From Eledone cirrhosa (Eukaryota): DNA of 64,000 nt. Position 1 is the first letter of the stretch, and the number at the start of each line of letters is the position of its first letter. The position numbers and the translations under genes were made by a program. The stretch covers positions 6,262,001 through 6,326,000 of the forward strand of contig OZ024744.1 in the NCBI GenBank assembly GCA_964016885.1. Direction: 5' to 3'. Below the pieces are notes generated by a model. That model was not told the origin of the DNA. It worked only from the letters and a program-made list of their open reading frames with translations, and made no database searches. This document shows positions 37,901 to 55,500 of this stretch, piece by piece.

Positions 37901-40900
37901 CAACACCAATAACAACACCAATAACAACAACAATAACAACAACTATAACAACAACAATAACAACATCAATAACAACACCAATAACATCATCAATAACAAC
38001 GGCAATAACAACACCAATAACAACATCAATAACAACATCAACAACAACAATAACAACAACAATAACAATAGCAATAACAACAGCAATAATAACATCAATA
38101 ACACCAATAACAACACCGATAACAACACCAATAACAACATCAATAACAACACCAATAACAACAACAATAACAACAACAATAAAAACAATGATAACAAAAA
38201 CAAGAATAACACAAATAACAACAACAATAACAACAACAATAACAACAATAATAACAAAAACAAGAATAACACCAATGACATCATCAATAACAACCACAAT
38301 AACAACACAATAACACCATCAATAACAACAAATATAACAACAATAATAACAACAACAATAACAACAACAATAGCAACAAAAATAACAACAGCAATATCAA
38401 CACCAATAACAACATCAATAACACCAATAACAACAACAATAACAACAACAATAACAACACCAATAACATCAATAACACCAATAACAACACCAATAGGAAC
38501 ATCAATAACAAAACCAATAACAAAACCAATAACAACATCAATAACACCAATAACATCAATAACAACACCAATAACACCACCAATAACAACAACAATAAAA
38601 ACACCAATAACAACAGTAACAACAACATCAATGACAACATCAATAGCAACACCAATAACAACATCAATAACAATACCAACAACAAGAATAACAACAACAA
38701 TAGTAACATCAATAACAAAACCAATAACAACACCAATAAGAACACCAATAACCACAGTAATAACAACATCAATAACAACATCAATAACAACACTAATAAT
38801 AACATCAATAACACCAATATCAAGAACAACAACAATAACAACACAAATAACAACATCAATAAGAACACCAATAACAGCAATAACCACATCAATAACAACA
38901 CCAATAACAACACCAATAACACCAATAACATCAAGTACAACAACAATAACAACACAAATAACAACATCAATAACAACATCAATAACTGCAATAACATCAA
39001 TAACAACACCAATAACACCAACAATAACAACATCAATAACAACACCAATAACATACCAATACCAACACCAACAACAACAATAACAACAACAATAACAACA
39101 GCAATAACCACATCAATAACACCAATAACAACAACAATAACAACATCAATAACAACAGCAATAACAACCGCAATAAAACGAATAACAACACCAATAATAA
39201 CACCAATAACAACACGAATATCAACACGAATATCAACACCAATAGCAACATCAACAACAACACAAACAACAAAAATAACAACAGCAATAACAACATCAAT
39301 AAGAACATCAATATCAGCAATAACAACACAAATAATAACATCAATAACACCAATATCAAGAACAACAACAATAACAACACAAATAACAACATCAATAAGA
39401 ACACCAATAACAACAATAACCACATCAATAACAACACCAATAACAACACCAATAACACCAATAACATCAATAACAACAACAATAACAACACAAATAACAA
39501 CATCAATAACATGACCATTAACAACATCAATAACAACATCAATAACAGCAATAACATCAATAACAACACCAATAACACCACCAATAACAACATCAATAAC
39601 AACACCAATAACATACCAATACCAACACCAACAACAACAATAATAACAACAATAACAACAGCAATAACCACATCAATAACACCAATAACAACAACAATAA
39701 CAACATCAATAACAACAGCAATAACAACCGCAATAAAACAAATAACAACACCAATAACAACACCAATAACAAAAATAACAACAGCAATAACAACATCAAT
39801 AAGAACATCAATAACAACACCAATAACAACACCAATAACAACATCAATAACATCAACTATAACAACATGAACAATAACAAAACCAATAACAATATCAATC
39901 ACAATAACAACATCAATAACAGCAATAACAACACAACAATAACAACACAACAATAACAACCAATAACAACATCAAACAACAACAATTACACCACAATAAC
40001 ACCATCAATAACAACAACAATAATAACAACACAATAACACCATCAATAACAACTATAACAACAATAATAACAACAACAATAACAAAAAAATAACAAAGCA
40101 ATAAAAACATCACTAACAACACTAATAACAACGGCGATCACAAGACCAATAACAACATCAATAACACCAATAACAACACCAATAACAACACCAATAAAAA
40201 CACCAATAACAACAGTAATAACAACATCAATAACAACATCAATAGCAACACCAATAACAACATCAATAGCACTACCAACAACAGAAATAACAACAGCAAT
40301 AGCAACATCAGTAACAAAACCAATAAAAACACAAAAAAAACACCAATAACAACAGTAATAACAAAATCAATAACAACATGAATAACAACAAAAATAACAA
40401 CACCCATAACACCAATAATAACATCAATAATGCCAATAACAACACCAATAACAACATCAATAACACCAATAACACCAATATCAACACCAATAACAACACA
40501 AATAACAACACCAATACCAACAACTATAACAAAAACAATATCAACAATAATAACAACGCCAATAACAACATCAATAACAACACCAATAACATCATCAATA
40601 ACAACGGCAATAACAAAACCAATAACAACATCAATAACAACACCAACAACAACAATAACAACAGCAATAACAACAGCAATAATAACATTAATAACACCAA
40701 TAACAACACCAATAACAACATCAATAAAACCAATAACAACACCAATAACAACATGAATAACAACAACAAAAACAACACAATAACACCATCAATAACAACA
40801 ACTATAACAACAATAATAACAACACCAATAACGACAACAATAACAACAACAATAACAACACCGATAACAACATCAATAACAATAACAACAACAATAACAA

Positions 40901-43900
40901 CACCAATAACAACATCAATAACAACAACTATAAAAACAATAATAACAACAAAAATAACAATAGCAATAACAACATCAATGACAACACCAATAACAACAGC
41001 AATAACAACACCAATAACAACAACAATAACAGCAATAACATCAATAACAACACAGATAACAAAATCAATCACAACAGCAGTAACAACAGCAATAACAACC
41101 CCAATTACAACATCAATAACACCAATAACAACAGCAATAACAACAGCAATAACAACACCAATAACAACACCAATAGCAACATCAATAACAACAAATATAA
41201 GAAGAAAAATAACAAAAGCAATAACAACATCAATAACAACACCAATAACAACAACAATAACAAATTCAATAACAACAGCAATAACAACTCCAATAACAAC
41301 TCCAATAACAATACCAATAACATCATCAATAACAACGGCAATATCAACACCAATAACAACATCAATAACAACACCAACTACAAAAATAACAACAACAATA
41401 ACAACAGCAATAACAACAGCAATAATGACAGCAATAACACCAATAATAACACCAATAAATACAACAATAACAACAACAATAACAACACATATATCAACAT
41501 AAATAACAACACGAACAACAATAACAACAAAAATAACAACAACAATAACAACATCAATAACAACACCAATAACAACAGCAATAACAACAGCAATAACAAC
41601 ACCAATAACAACATCAATAACACCAATAACAACAACGATAACAACAACAATAACAACACCAATAACACCAAAAACACCAATAACAACACCAATAACACCA
41701 ATAACTACAACAATAACAACACCAATAGGAACATCAATGCCAAAACCAATAACAACACCAGTAAAAACACGAATAACAACAATAATAACAACATCAATAA
41801 CAACATTCAATAACAATACCAACAAGAATAACAACAATACCAACAACAAGAATAACAACAGCAATATCAACAACAATAACAAAACCAATAACAACACCAA
41901 TAAAAACACCAATAACAACAGTAATAACAACATCAATAACAACATCAATAACAACATCAATAACAACATCAATGACAACACCAATACCAACATCAATAAC
42001 AACACCAATAATAACATCAATAACATCAATAACACCAATAGCAACACCTATAACAACACCAATAACAACAACTATAACAACAACAATAACAACAACAATA
42101 AAAACAACAATAACAACAACAATAACAACATCAATAACACCAATAACATCAAGAACAACAACAATAACAACACAAATAACATCGCCAATGACAACACCAA
42201 TAACAATAACAACACCAATAACAACAAAAATAACATCAATAACACAAATAACGACAATAACAACACCAAAAACAAAACCAATAACAACACCACTAACAAC
42301 AACAATAACAACATCAATAACAACATCAATAACAACATCAATAACAACACCAATAATAATATCAATAGTATCAATAACACCAATAACAACACCAATAACA
42401 ACACCAATGACAACAAATATAACAACAACAATAACAACAACAATAACACCAACAATAACAACAACAATAACAACATCAATAACACTAATAATTACATCAA
42501 TAACAACATGAATAACAACACCAATAACGACGCCAATAACCATACCAATAACAACAACATTAACACCAAGAACATCAAGAACAACAACAATAACAACACA
42601 AATAACAACATCAATAAGATAACCAATAACACCAATAAGGTCAATAACAACACCAATAACACCACCAATAACAACAATAATAACAACACCAATAACAACA
42701 TCAATAACAACACCAATAACATATCAATAGCAACACCAACAACAATAACAACAGCAATAGCCACATCAGTAACACCAACAACAACAACAATAACACCATC
42801 AATAACAACAACAATCACATCAGCAATAACAAAAGCAATAACAACAGCAATAACACCAATAATAACACCAATAACAACATCAATAACACCAATAACAACA
42901 TCAACATCACCAATAACATCACGAATATCAACACCAATATCAACACCAATAGCAACATCAATAACAAAGCCAATAACAACACCAGTAACAAAAACCAATA
43001 ACAACAGTAATAACAACATCAATAACAACATCAATAGTAACATCAATAACAACACCAATAACAACACCAATAATAATACTAATAACAACAATAACAAAAC
43101 CAATAACAACATCAATAAAACTAGTAACAACATCAATAACAACAGCCATAACAACAGCAATAACACCAATAACAACACCATTAACAACACCAATAGCACC
43201 AATAACAACATCAATAACACCAATAACAAAACTAATAACAACAATAACAACAGCAATAACAACACCAAAAACAACACCTATAACATCATCAATAACAACA
43301 CCAATTACAACATCAATAACAAGACCAATAACAACACCAACAATAACATCAATAACAACAACTATAACAACAACAATAACAACAATAACAACACCGATAA
43401 CAAAAAGAAAACAACACCAATAACAACATCAATAACACCAATAAAAACACCAATTACAACATCAATAACAACATCAATAACACCAATAACAACACCAATA
43501 ACAACACCAATAACAACATCTATAACAAGAAAAACAACAACAGCAATAAAAGCAACAATACCAACATCAAGAACAACATCAATAACAACGCCAATAACAA
43601 CACCAATAACAACAATACTAACAACATCAACAAACATCAATAACACCAATAACAACACCAATAACAATATTAATAGCAGCAACAATGACATCAATAACAA
43701 AGCCAATAACAACATCAATAACAACACCAATAACATCATCAACAACATCGGAAATAACAACACCAATAACAACATCAATAATAACACCAACAACAACAGC
43801 AATAATAACAGCAATAATAAAAGCAATAACACCAATAACAACACCAATAACAACATCAATAACACCAATAAGACCAATAACAACACCAATAACAACAACA

Positions 43901-46900
43901 ATAACAAACCAATAACAAGATCAATAACAACAACAATAACAACACCAATAACAACATCAATAACAACACCAATAACAACACCAACAACAACCTCAATAAC
44001 AACAACTATGAAAACAACAATAAAAACAACAATAACAACTACAATAACAATAGCAATAACAACATCAATAACAACAACAATAACAACACCAATAACAACA
44101 CCAATAACAACATCAATAACAACACCAACAGCAAAAGCAATAACAACACCAATAACAACATCAATAATACCAATAACATCAATAAGAACACCAATAACAA
44201 AATAAATAACATAATCAATAACAACAGCAATAACAACACCAATAACAACCCAAATTACAACATCAATAACAACACCAATAACTACAGCAATAACAACAGC
44301 AATAACAACAGCAATACCAACATCAATAACAACAACAATAAAAAAAATAACAACAGTAATATTTACAGCAATAACAACAGCAATAACAACATCAATAACA
44401 ACGACAATATCAACACCAATATCAACATCAATAACAAAACCAAAAACAACGCCAATAAAAACACCATTAACAACAGTAATAACAACATCAATAACAACAT
44501 CAATAACAACATCAATAACAACACCAATAACAACATCAATAACAACAACATCAATAACAACATCAATAACAACACCAATAACAACACCAATAACAACATC
44601 AATAACAACAACAATAACAACACAATTACACAATCAATAACAACAACGATAACAACAATAATAACAACAACAATAACAAAACCTTTGGCAACATCAATAA
44701 CAACACCAACAACAATAACAACAAAAATAACAACAGCAATAACAACATCAATAACCATACCAATAACAACAGCAATAACAACACCAATGTCAACTTCAAT
44801 AACACCAATAACTACAATAATAAAAACTACACCAATAACATCAATAACACCAATAACAACTACTGTAACAATACCAATAACAACAGCAATAAAAAAACCA
44901 ATAACAACAGTAATAACAACATCAATAACAACACCAATAACAACATCAATAACAACACCAATAACAACATCAATAACAACAACAATAACAACAAAAATAA
45001 CAACACCAATAACACGAATAACAACATAAATAACGCCAATAACAACACCAGAAACAACACCAATAACAACATCAATAACAACAACAATAACAACATCAAT
45101 AACAACATCAATAACAACAACAACAATAACAACATCAATAACAGCAAAAACAACATCAATAACAACAACTTTAACAACAACAATAAAGAAACCTATAACA
45201 ACATCAATAACAACACCAACAACAATAACAACACACATAACAACAGCAATAACAACACCAATAACAACATCAATAACACCAATAACAACATCAATAACAC
45301 CAATAACAACACCAATAACAACATCAATAACAACGTCAGTAACAACAACAATAACAACACAATAACCCCATCAATAACAACAACTATAACAACAATAATA
45401 ATAACAACAACAATAACAACAGTAATATCAACATCAATAACAACATCAATAACAACATCAATAGCAACACAAATAACACCATCAATAACAATACCAACAA
45501 CACGAATAACAACAGCAATAGAAACATTAATAACAAAACCAATCAGAACACCAATAAAAACACCAATAACAACAGTAATAATAACATCAATAACAACACC
45601 AATAACTACATCAATAACAACAACAACAATAACAACAACAATAATAAAAATAACAACACCAATAACCAAATAACAACATCAATAGCGCCAATAGCACCAA
45701 TATCAACACCAATAACAACACGAATAACAACAACAATAACAACAGCAATAACAACAACTATAACAACAACAATAACAACTATAATAACAACAACAATAAC
45801 AACACCAATAACAACACCAATAACAACACCAATAACAACATCAATAACATCATCAATAACAACGGCAAGAACAACACCAACAACAACATCAATAACAACT
45901 GTAACAACAACAATAACACAGCCAATAACAACACCAATAACAACAACAATAACAAACATAGCAATAGCAATATCAACATCAATAACACCAATAACAACAT
46001 CAATAACACCAATAACAACGCCAATAACAACATCAATAACATCATCAGTAACAACAACAATAACAACACAATAAGCCCATCAATAACATCAGCTATAACA
46101 ACAATAATAACAACAACAATAACAACAACAATAACAACAACAATAACAACACCTATAACAACATCAATAACAACAACAATAACAATAAAAAGAACAACAC
46201 CAATAACAACAGCAACAACAACACCATTAACAACATCAATAACACCAATAACAACAACAATAACAACAACAATAACAACACCAATAACAAACCAATAGCA
46301 ATATCAACAACAACAATAACACCAATAACAACAGCAGTAGGAACATCAATAACAAAACCAATAACAACACCAACAACAACACCAATAACAACATCAATAA
46401 CAACAACAACAATAACAACAACAATAACAACAGCAATAACAACAACAATAACAACATCAATAACGCCAATAACAACAACTATAACAACATCAATAACACC
46501 AATAACAACAATATCCACAACAATAACAATACCAATAACAACAACAATAACAACATCAATAAAAGCACCAATAACAACATCAATAACAACAACTATAACA
46601 ACAACAATAACAACGCCAATAACAACACCAATAACAACAATACTAACAACATCAATAAAAATCAATAACACCAATAACAACACCAATAAAAGCACCAGTA
46701 ACAACACCAATAACAACATCAATAACAACACCAATAACAACATCAATAACAACAACTATAACAACAACAATAACAACAACAGTAACAACACCAATAACAA
46801 CATGAATAATAACAACAATAACAACAACAATAACAACATCAATAACAACACCAATAACAACACCAACAACAAAATCAATAACAACAACTATAAAAACAGC

Positions 46901-49900
46901 AATAACAACACCAATAATAACAGCAATAACAACAGCAATATCAACAACAATAACATCAATAACATCAACAACAACACCGATAACGACACAAATAACAACA
47001 TCAATAAGAAGACCAATAACACCACCAATTACAACAGCAATAACAACACCAATTACAACACCAATAACTACAGCAATAACAACAGCAATAACAATCCCAA
47101 TTACAACATCAATAACAACATCAATAACACCAATAACAACATCAATAGCACCAATAACAACATCAATAACAACACCAATAACAAGATCTATAACAACAAC
47201 TATAAGAAGAAAAATAACAACATCAATAAGAACACCAATAACAACAGCAATAACACCAATAACGACACCAAAAACAACACCAATAACAACACCAAAAACA
47301 TCATCAATAACAACGGGAATAACAACAATAACAACAGCAATAACAACAGCAATAATAACATCAATAACACCAATAACACCAATAACACTAATAACAACAC
47401 CAATAACAACACCAATAACAACACCAATAACAACAAAAATAACAACATCAATAACAACATCAATAACAACATCAATAACAACATCAATAACACCAATAAC
47501 CACATCTATAACACCATCAATAACAACAATTATAATAACAATAATAACAACAACAATAACAACAACAATAACAACAACAATAACAACACCAATAACAACA
47601 TCAATAACAACAATAATAACAACACCAATAACAACATCAATAACAACACCAATAACAACACCAACAACAACCTCAATAACAACAACTATAAAAACAACAA
47701 TAACAACACAAATAACATTAATAACAACACCAACAACAATAACAAAAAAATAACAAAAGTAATAAAACATCAATAAAAACACCAATAACAACAGCAATAA
47801 CAACACCAATTACAACATCAATAACAACATCAATAACACCAATAACAACACCAATAACAACACCAATTACAACATCAATAACAACATCAATAACACCACT
47901 AACAACACCAATAACAACACCAATAGCAACATCAATAACAAAACCAATAACAACAAGAATAACAACAGCAATAACAACACCAATTACAACATCAATAACA
48001 ACATCAATAACACCAATAACAACACCAATAACAACACCAATTACAACATCAATAACAACATCAATAACACCACTAACAACACCAATAACAACACCAATAG
48101 CAACATCAATAACAAAACCAATAACAACAAGAATAACAACAGTAATAACAACATCAATAACGACATCAATAACAACACCAATAAAAACTTCAATAACAAC
48201 AATAACAACAACAATAACAATACCAATAAGAACACCAATAACAGCACCAATAACCACACAAATAACAACACCAATAACAACACCAATAACAACACCAATA
48301 ACAACACCAATAACAACATCAATAACAACAACAATAACAACACCAATAACAACATTAATATCAATAAAAATAACAACGTCAATAACAACATCAACAACAA
48401 TAAAAACAAAAATGACAATAGCAATAACAATATCAATAACAACACCAATAACAACAGCAATAACAACACTAATAACAACAATAACAACATCAATAACATC
48501 AATAACAACATCAATAACAACATCAATAACAACACCAATAACAACACCAATAATAACATCAATAATGCCAACAACAACACCAATAACAACATCAATAACA
48601 CCAATAACAATAACAACGCCAATAACAACACCAATAACATCATCAATAACAACGGCAATAACAACAGCAATAATAACAACAATAATACGAATAACAACAC
48701 CAATAAAAACATTAATAACACCAATAACACCAGTAACAGCACCAATAACAACACCAATAACAACACCAATAACAACAACAATAAAAACACCAATAACAAA
48801 CAACAATAACAACATCAATAATAACTGCAATAAAAACACCAATGACAACACCAATGACAACCCCAATAACAACATCAATAACAACAATAACAACAACAAT
48901 AACAAAAACAACAATAACACCATCAATAACAACAACTATAACAACAGCAATAACAACACCAATAACAACATCAATAACAGCAACAATAACAACAGCAATA
49001 ACAACACCAATAACAACAACAATAACACCAATAACATCAATAACAAAATCAATAACAACACAAATAACAAATCAATAACAACAACAATAACAACACCGAT
49101 AACAACCCCAATTACAACATCAATAACAGCATCAATAACACCAATAACAACATCAATAACACCAATAACAACACCAATAACACCAATAACAACATCAATA
49201 ACACCAATAACAACATCAATAACACCAATAACAACACCAATAACAACACCAGTAAAAACATCAATAACACGAATAACACGAATAACAACAACAATAACAA
49301 CAGCAATAACAAAACCAATAACAACATCAATAACAACAGCAATAACAACAGCAATAACAACAATAACAAAAGCAATAACGACACCAATAGCACCAATAGC
49401 AACATCAATAACACCAATAACAAAACTAATAACAACAATAACAACAACAATGACAACAGCAATAACAACTCCAAAAACAACACCTATAACATCGTCAATA
49501 ACAATACCAATAACAACACCAATAACAACATCAATAACCAGACCAATAACAACACCAACAATAACATCAATAACAAGAAGTATAATAATCACAATAACAA
49601 AATAACAACACAAATAACAACATTAATAACAAAACCAACAACAATAACAACAAAAATAACCTTAGCAATAACAACAAGAATAACAACACCAATAACAACA
49701 TCAATAACAACACCAATAACAACAGAAATAACAACACCAATGACAACAACAATAACACTAATAACATCAATAACAACACCAATAACAAGACAGATAACAA
49801 CACCAATAACAACAGCAAAAACAACATCAATAACACCAATAACAACACCATTTACCACATCAATAACAACATCAATAACACCAATAACAACATCAATAAT

Positions 49901-52589
49901 AACATCAATAACACCAATAACAACACCAATAACAACAGAATGACAACAAATATAACAAGAAAAATAACAACAGAAAGAACAACATCAATAACAACATCAA
50001 TAACAACATCAATAACAACATCAATAACAACATCAATAACAACACCAATAATAACATCAATAACACAAATAACAACATCAAGAACGCCAATAACAACACC
50101 TATAACAACATCAATAACACCAATAACAACAAAAATAACAACACCACTAACACAAATAACAACATCAATAACGCCAATAACAACACCAATAACAACACCA
50201 ATAACAACATCAATAACACCAATAACACCAATATCAACACCAGTAACAACATGTATAACAACACCAATAACAACAATAACAACATCAATAACATCAATAA
50301 CAACATCAATATCAACATCAATAACAACATCAATAACAACATCAATAACAACACCAATAATAACATCAATAACACCAATAACAATAACAACGCCAGAAAC
50401 AACACCAATAACATCATCAATAACAACGGCAATAACAACAGCAATAATAACAACATTAACACCAATAACAACACCAATAACAACATTAATAACACCAATA
50501 ACACCAATAACAACACCAATAACAACACCAATAACAACAACAATAACAACACCAATAACAAGAACAATAACAACATCAATAAGAACTGCAATAACAACAC
50601 CAATGACAACACCAATGACAACACCAATAACAACATCAATAACAACAATAACAACACAATAACACCATCAATAACAACAACAATAACAACAACAATAACA
50701 ACAACGATAACAACATCAATAACAACACCAAAACAACACCAATAAAAACACAAATAACAACATCAATAACACCAATAACAACAACAATAACAACATCAAT
50801 AACACGAATAACAACACCGATAGCAACATCAATAACAACACCAATAACAACATAAATAACAACAATAACGACATAAATAACAACAATAACAACATGAATA
50901 ACAACACCAATCACACAAATAACAACACCAATAACATCACAAATAACCACATCAATAACAACACCAATAAGAACAACAATAAGAACATCCATAACAACAC
51001 AAATATAAACACACATAACAACATCAATAACACCAATAACTGCACCAATAACAACAAAATAACACCAATAACATCAGAAACAACATCAATAACATCAATA
51101 ACAACAACAATAACAACACCAATAACAACATCAATAAGAACAACAATAATAACAACAATAACAACAACAATAACAACACCAATAAAAACATCAATAACAA
51201 AACCAATAAAAACAATAACAACATCAATAACAACAGCAATAACAACACCGAAAACAAAACCAATAACAACATCAATAACAACACCAATAACAAAATCAAT
51301 AGCACCAATAACACCAATAACCACAACAATAACAAAATCAATAACAACATCAATAACAACACCAATAACAACATCAATAACTACACCAAAAACAACAAGA
51401 CTACCAACATCAATAAACATCAATAACACCAATAACAACATCAATAACACCAATAATATCAATAACAACACCAATAACAACATCAATAACACCAATAATA
51501 TCAATATCAACACCAATAACAACACCAATAACATCACCACTAACAACACCAATAACAACAACATTAACAACAACAATAACAACAACAATAACAAAACCAA
51601 TAACAACATCAATAACACCAGTAACAACAGCAATAACAACAGCAATAACAACAGCAATAACACCAATAACAGCACCAATAACAACACCAATAGCACCAAT
51701 AACAACATCAATAACACCAATAACAAAACTAATAACTACAATAACAACAGCAATAACAACACCAAAAACAACACCTATAACATCATCAATAAAAACACCA
51801 ATAACAACAACACGAACAACATCAATAACAACACCAATAACAACCCCAATAACAATACCAATAACAACCCCAATAACAACAGCAATAACAACATGAATAA
51901 CAAGACCAATAAAAGCACCAACAATAACATAAATAACAACAACTATAACAACAACTATAACAACAACAATAACACCAATAACATCAATAAGATCACCAAT
52001 AACAACAAGACTAACAACATCAATAAATATCAATAACACCAATAAAAACATCAATAACACCAATAATATCAATAACAACACCAATAACAACATCAATAAC
52101 ACCAATAATATCAATATCAACACCAATAACAACACGAATAACAACACCAATAACAACACCAATAACACCAATAACAACATCAATAACACCAATAGCAACA
52201 GAAATAACAACAGCAATAACAACCGCAATAAAAACATCAAAAACACCAATAACAAGAATAACAACACCAATAACAACACCAATAACGATACCAATAACAA
52301 CACCAATAACAACAACAATAACAACAACAATAACAAAACCAATAACAACATCAATAACACCAGTAACAACAGCAATAACAACAGCAATAACACCAATAAC
52401 AGCACCAATAACAACACCAATAGCACCAATAACAACATCAATAACACCAATAACAAAACTAATAACTACAATAACAACAGCAATAACAACACCAAAAACA
52501 ACACTTATAACATCATCAATAAAAACACCAATAACAACAACACGAACAACGTCAATAACAACACCAATAACAACACCAATAACAACACC

Positions 52590-55500
52590 AATAACAACAC
52601 CAATAACAACCCCAATAACAACAGCAATAACAACATGAATAACAAGACCAATAACAGCACCAACAATAACATAAATAACAACAACTATAACAACAACTAT
52701 AACAACAACAATAACACCAATAACATCAATAAGATCACCAATAACAACAAGACTAACAACATCAATAAATATCAATAACACCAATAAAAACATCAATAAC
52801 ACCAATAATATCAATAACAACACCAATAACAACATCAATAACACCAATAATATCAATAACAACACCAATAACAACACCAATAAGAACACCAATAACAACA
52901 ACAAAACAAGGAAAATAACAACAACAATAACAACACGTATAACATCATCAATAACAACAGCACTATCAACTCCAATAAAAACGCCAATAACAACACCAAC
53001 AACAACAATTAAAACAATAACAACAGCAATAACAACCGCAATAATAACATCAATAACACGAATAAAAACACAAATAACAGGACAAATAACAACACCAATA
53101 AGAACACTAAGGACAACACCAATAACAACACCAATAACAACACCAATAAAAACAGCAATAACAACACCAACAACAGCATTAATAACAACAATAACAACCA
53201 CAACAATAACAACAAGAATAACAACATCAATAACACCATCAATATCAAAACCAACAACAACAATAACAACAACAATAACACCAATTGCAACACCAATAAC
53301 AACATCAATAACACCAATAACAACGCCAATAACAACATCAATAACACCAATAACAACGCCAATAACAACACCAATAACAACATCAATAACAAAATCAATA
53401 ACAACAATAACAACAACAATAACAACGGCAATATCAACACCGAAAACAAAACCAATAACAACATCAATAACAACACCAATAACGACATCAATAACAACAC
53501 CAATAACAACAAGATTAACAACATCAATATACATCAATAACACCAATAACAACATCAATAACACAAATAATATCAATAACAACACCAATAACAACATCAA
53601 TAACACCAATAATATCAATAACAACACCAATAACAACACCAATAACAACACCACTAACAACACCAATAACAACAACATTAACAACAACAATAACAACAAC
53701 AATAACAAAACCAATAACAAGATCAATAACACCAGTAACAACAGCAATAACAACAGCAATAACAACAGCAATAACACCAATAACAGCACCAATAACAACA
53801 CCAATAGCACCAATAACAACATCAATAACACCAATAACAAAACTAATAACTACAATAACAACAGCAATAACAACACCAAAAACAACACCTATAACATCAT
53901 CAATAAAAACACCAATAACAACAACACGAACAACATCAATAACAACACCAATAACAACCCCAATAACAATACCAATAACAACCCCAATAACAACAGCAAT
54001 AACAACATGAATAACAAGACCAATAAAAGCACCAACAATAACATAAATAACAACAACTATAACAACAACTATAACAACAACAATAACACCAATAACATCA
54101 ATAAGATCACCAATAACAACAAGACTAACAACATCAATAAATATCAATAACACCAATAAAAACATCAATAACACCAATAATATCAATAACAACACCAATA
54201 ACAACATCAATAACACCAATAATATCAATAACAACACCAATAACAACACCAATAACAACACCAATAACAACACCAATAACAACACCAATAACACCAATAA
54301 CAACATCAATAACACCAATAACAACACCAATAACACAAATAAAAACACCAATAACACCAATAACACGAATAACAACACGAATAACAACACCAATAACAAC
54401 ACCAATAACAACACCAATAACAACAACTATAACAACAACAATAACAACAACAATAACGACAACAATAACAAAACCAATAACAACAACAATAACACAAGTA
54501 ACAACAGCAATAACAACAGCAATAACAGCAGTAATAACACCAATAACAGCACGAATAACAACAGCAATAGCACCAATAACAACATCAATAACACCAATAA
54601 CAAAACTAATAAAAACAATAACAACAACAATAGCAACAGCAATAACAACACCAATAACAACAACAATAACAACATCAATAATAACTGCAATAAAAACACC
54701 AATGACAACACCAATGACAACACCAATAACAACATCAATAACAACAATAACAACAACAATAACAAAAACAACAATAACACCATCAATAACAACAACTATA
54801 ACAACAGCAATAACAACACCAATAACAACATCAATAACAGCAACAATAACAACAGCAATAACAACACAAATAACAAATCAATAACAACAGCAATAACAAC
54901 ATCGATAACAACCCCAAATACAACATCAATAACAGCATCAATAACACCAATAACAACATCAATAACACCAATAACAACATCAATAACACCAAAACAACAT
55001 CAATAACACCAATAACGACACCAATACCAACACCAGTAAAAACATCAATAACACCAATAACAATACCAATAACAACACCAATAACAACACCAATAACAAC
55101 ACCAGTAACAACATCAATAAATACAACTATAACAACTACAATAACAACCCCAATTACAACAACAATAACAACATCAACAACAAAACCAATAACAACGATA
55201 ACAACATCAATAACACCAATTACAACACCAATAACAACATCAATAACAACACCAACAACAACAATAACAACAACTATAACAACAGCAAAATCAACAGCAA
55301 TAACATCAATAACACCAATATCAACACCAATAATAACACCAATAACAACATCAATAACACCAATAACAACATCAATAACACCAATAACAACACCAATAAC
55401 AACACCAGTAAAAACATCAATAACACGAATAACACGAATAACAACACGAATAACAACACCAATAACAACACCAGTAACAACATCAATAACAACTACTATA

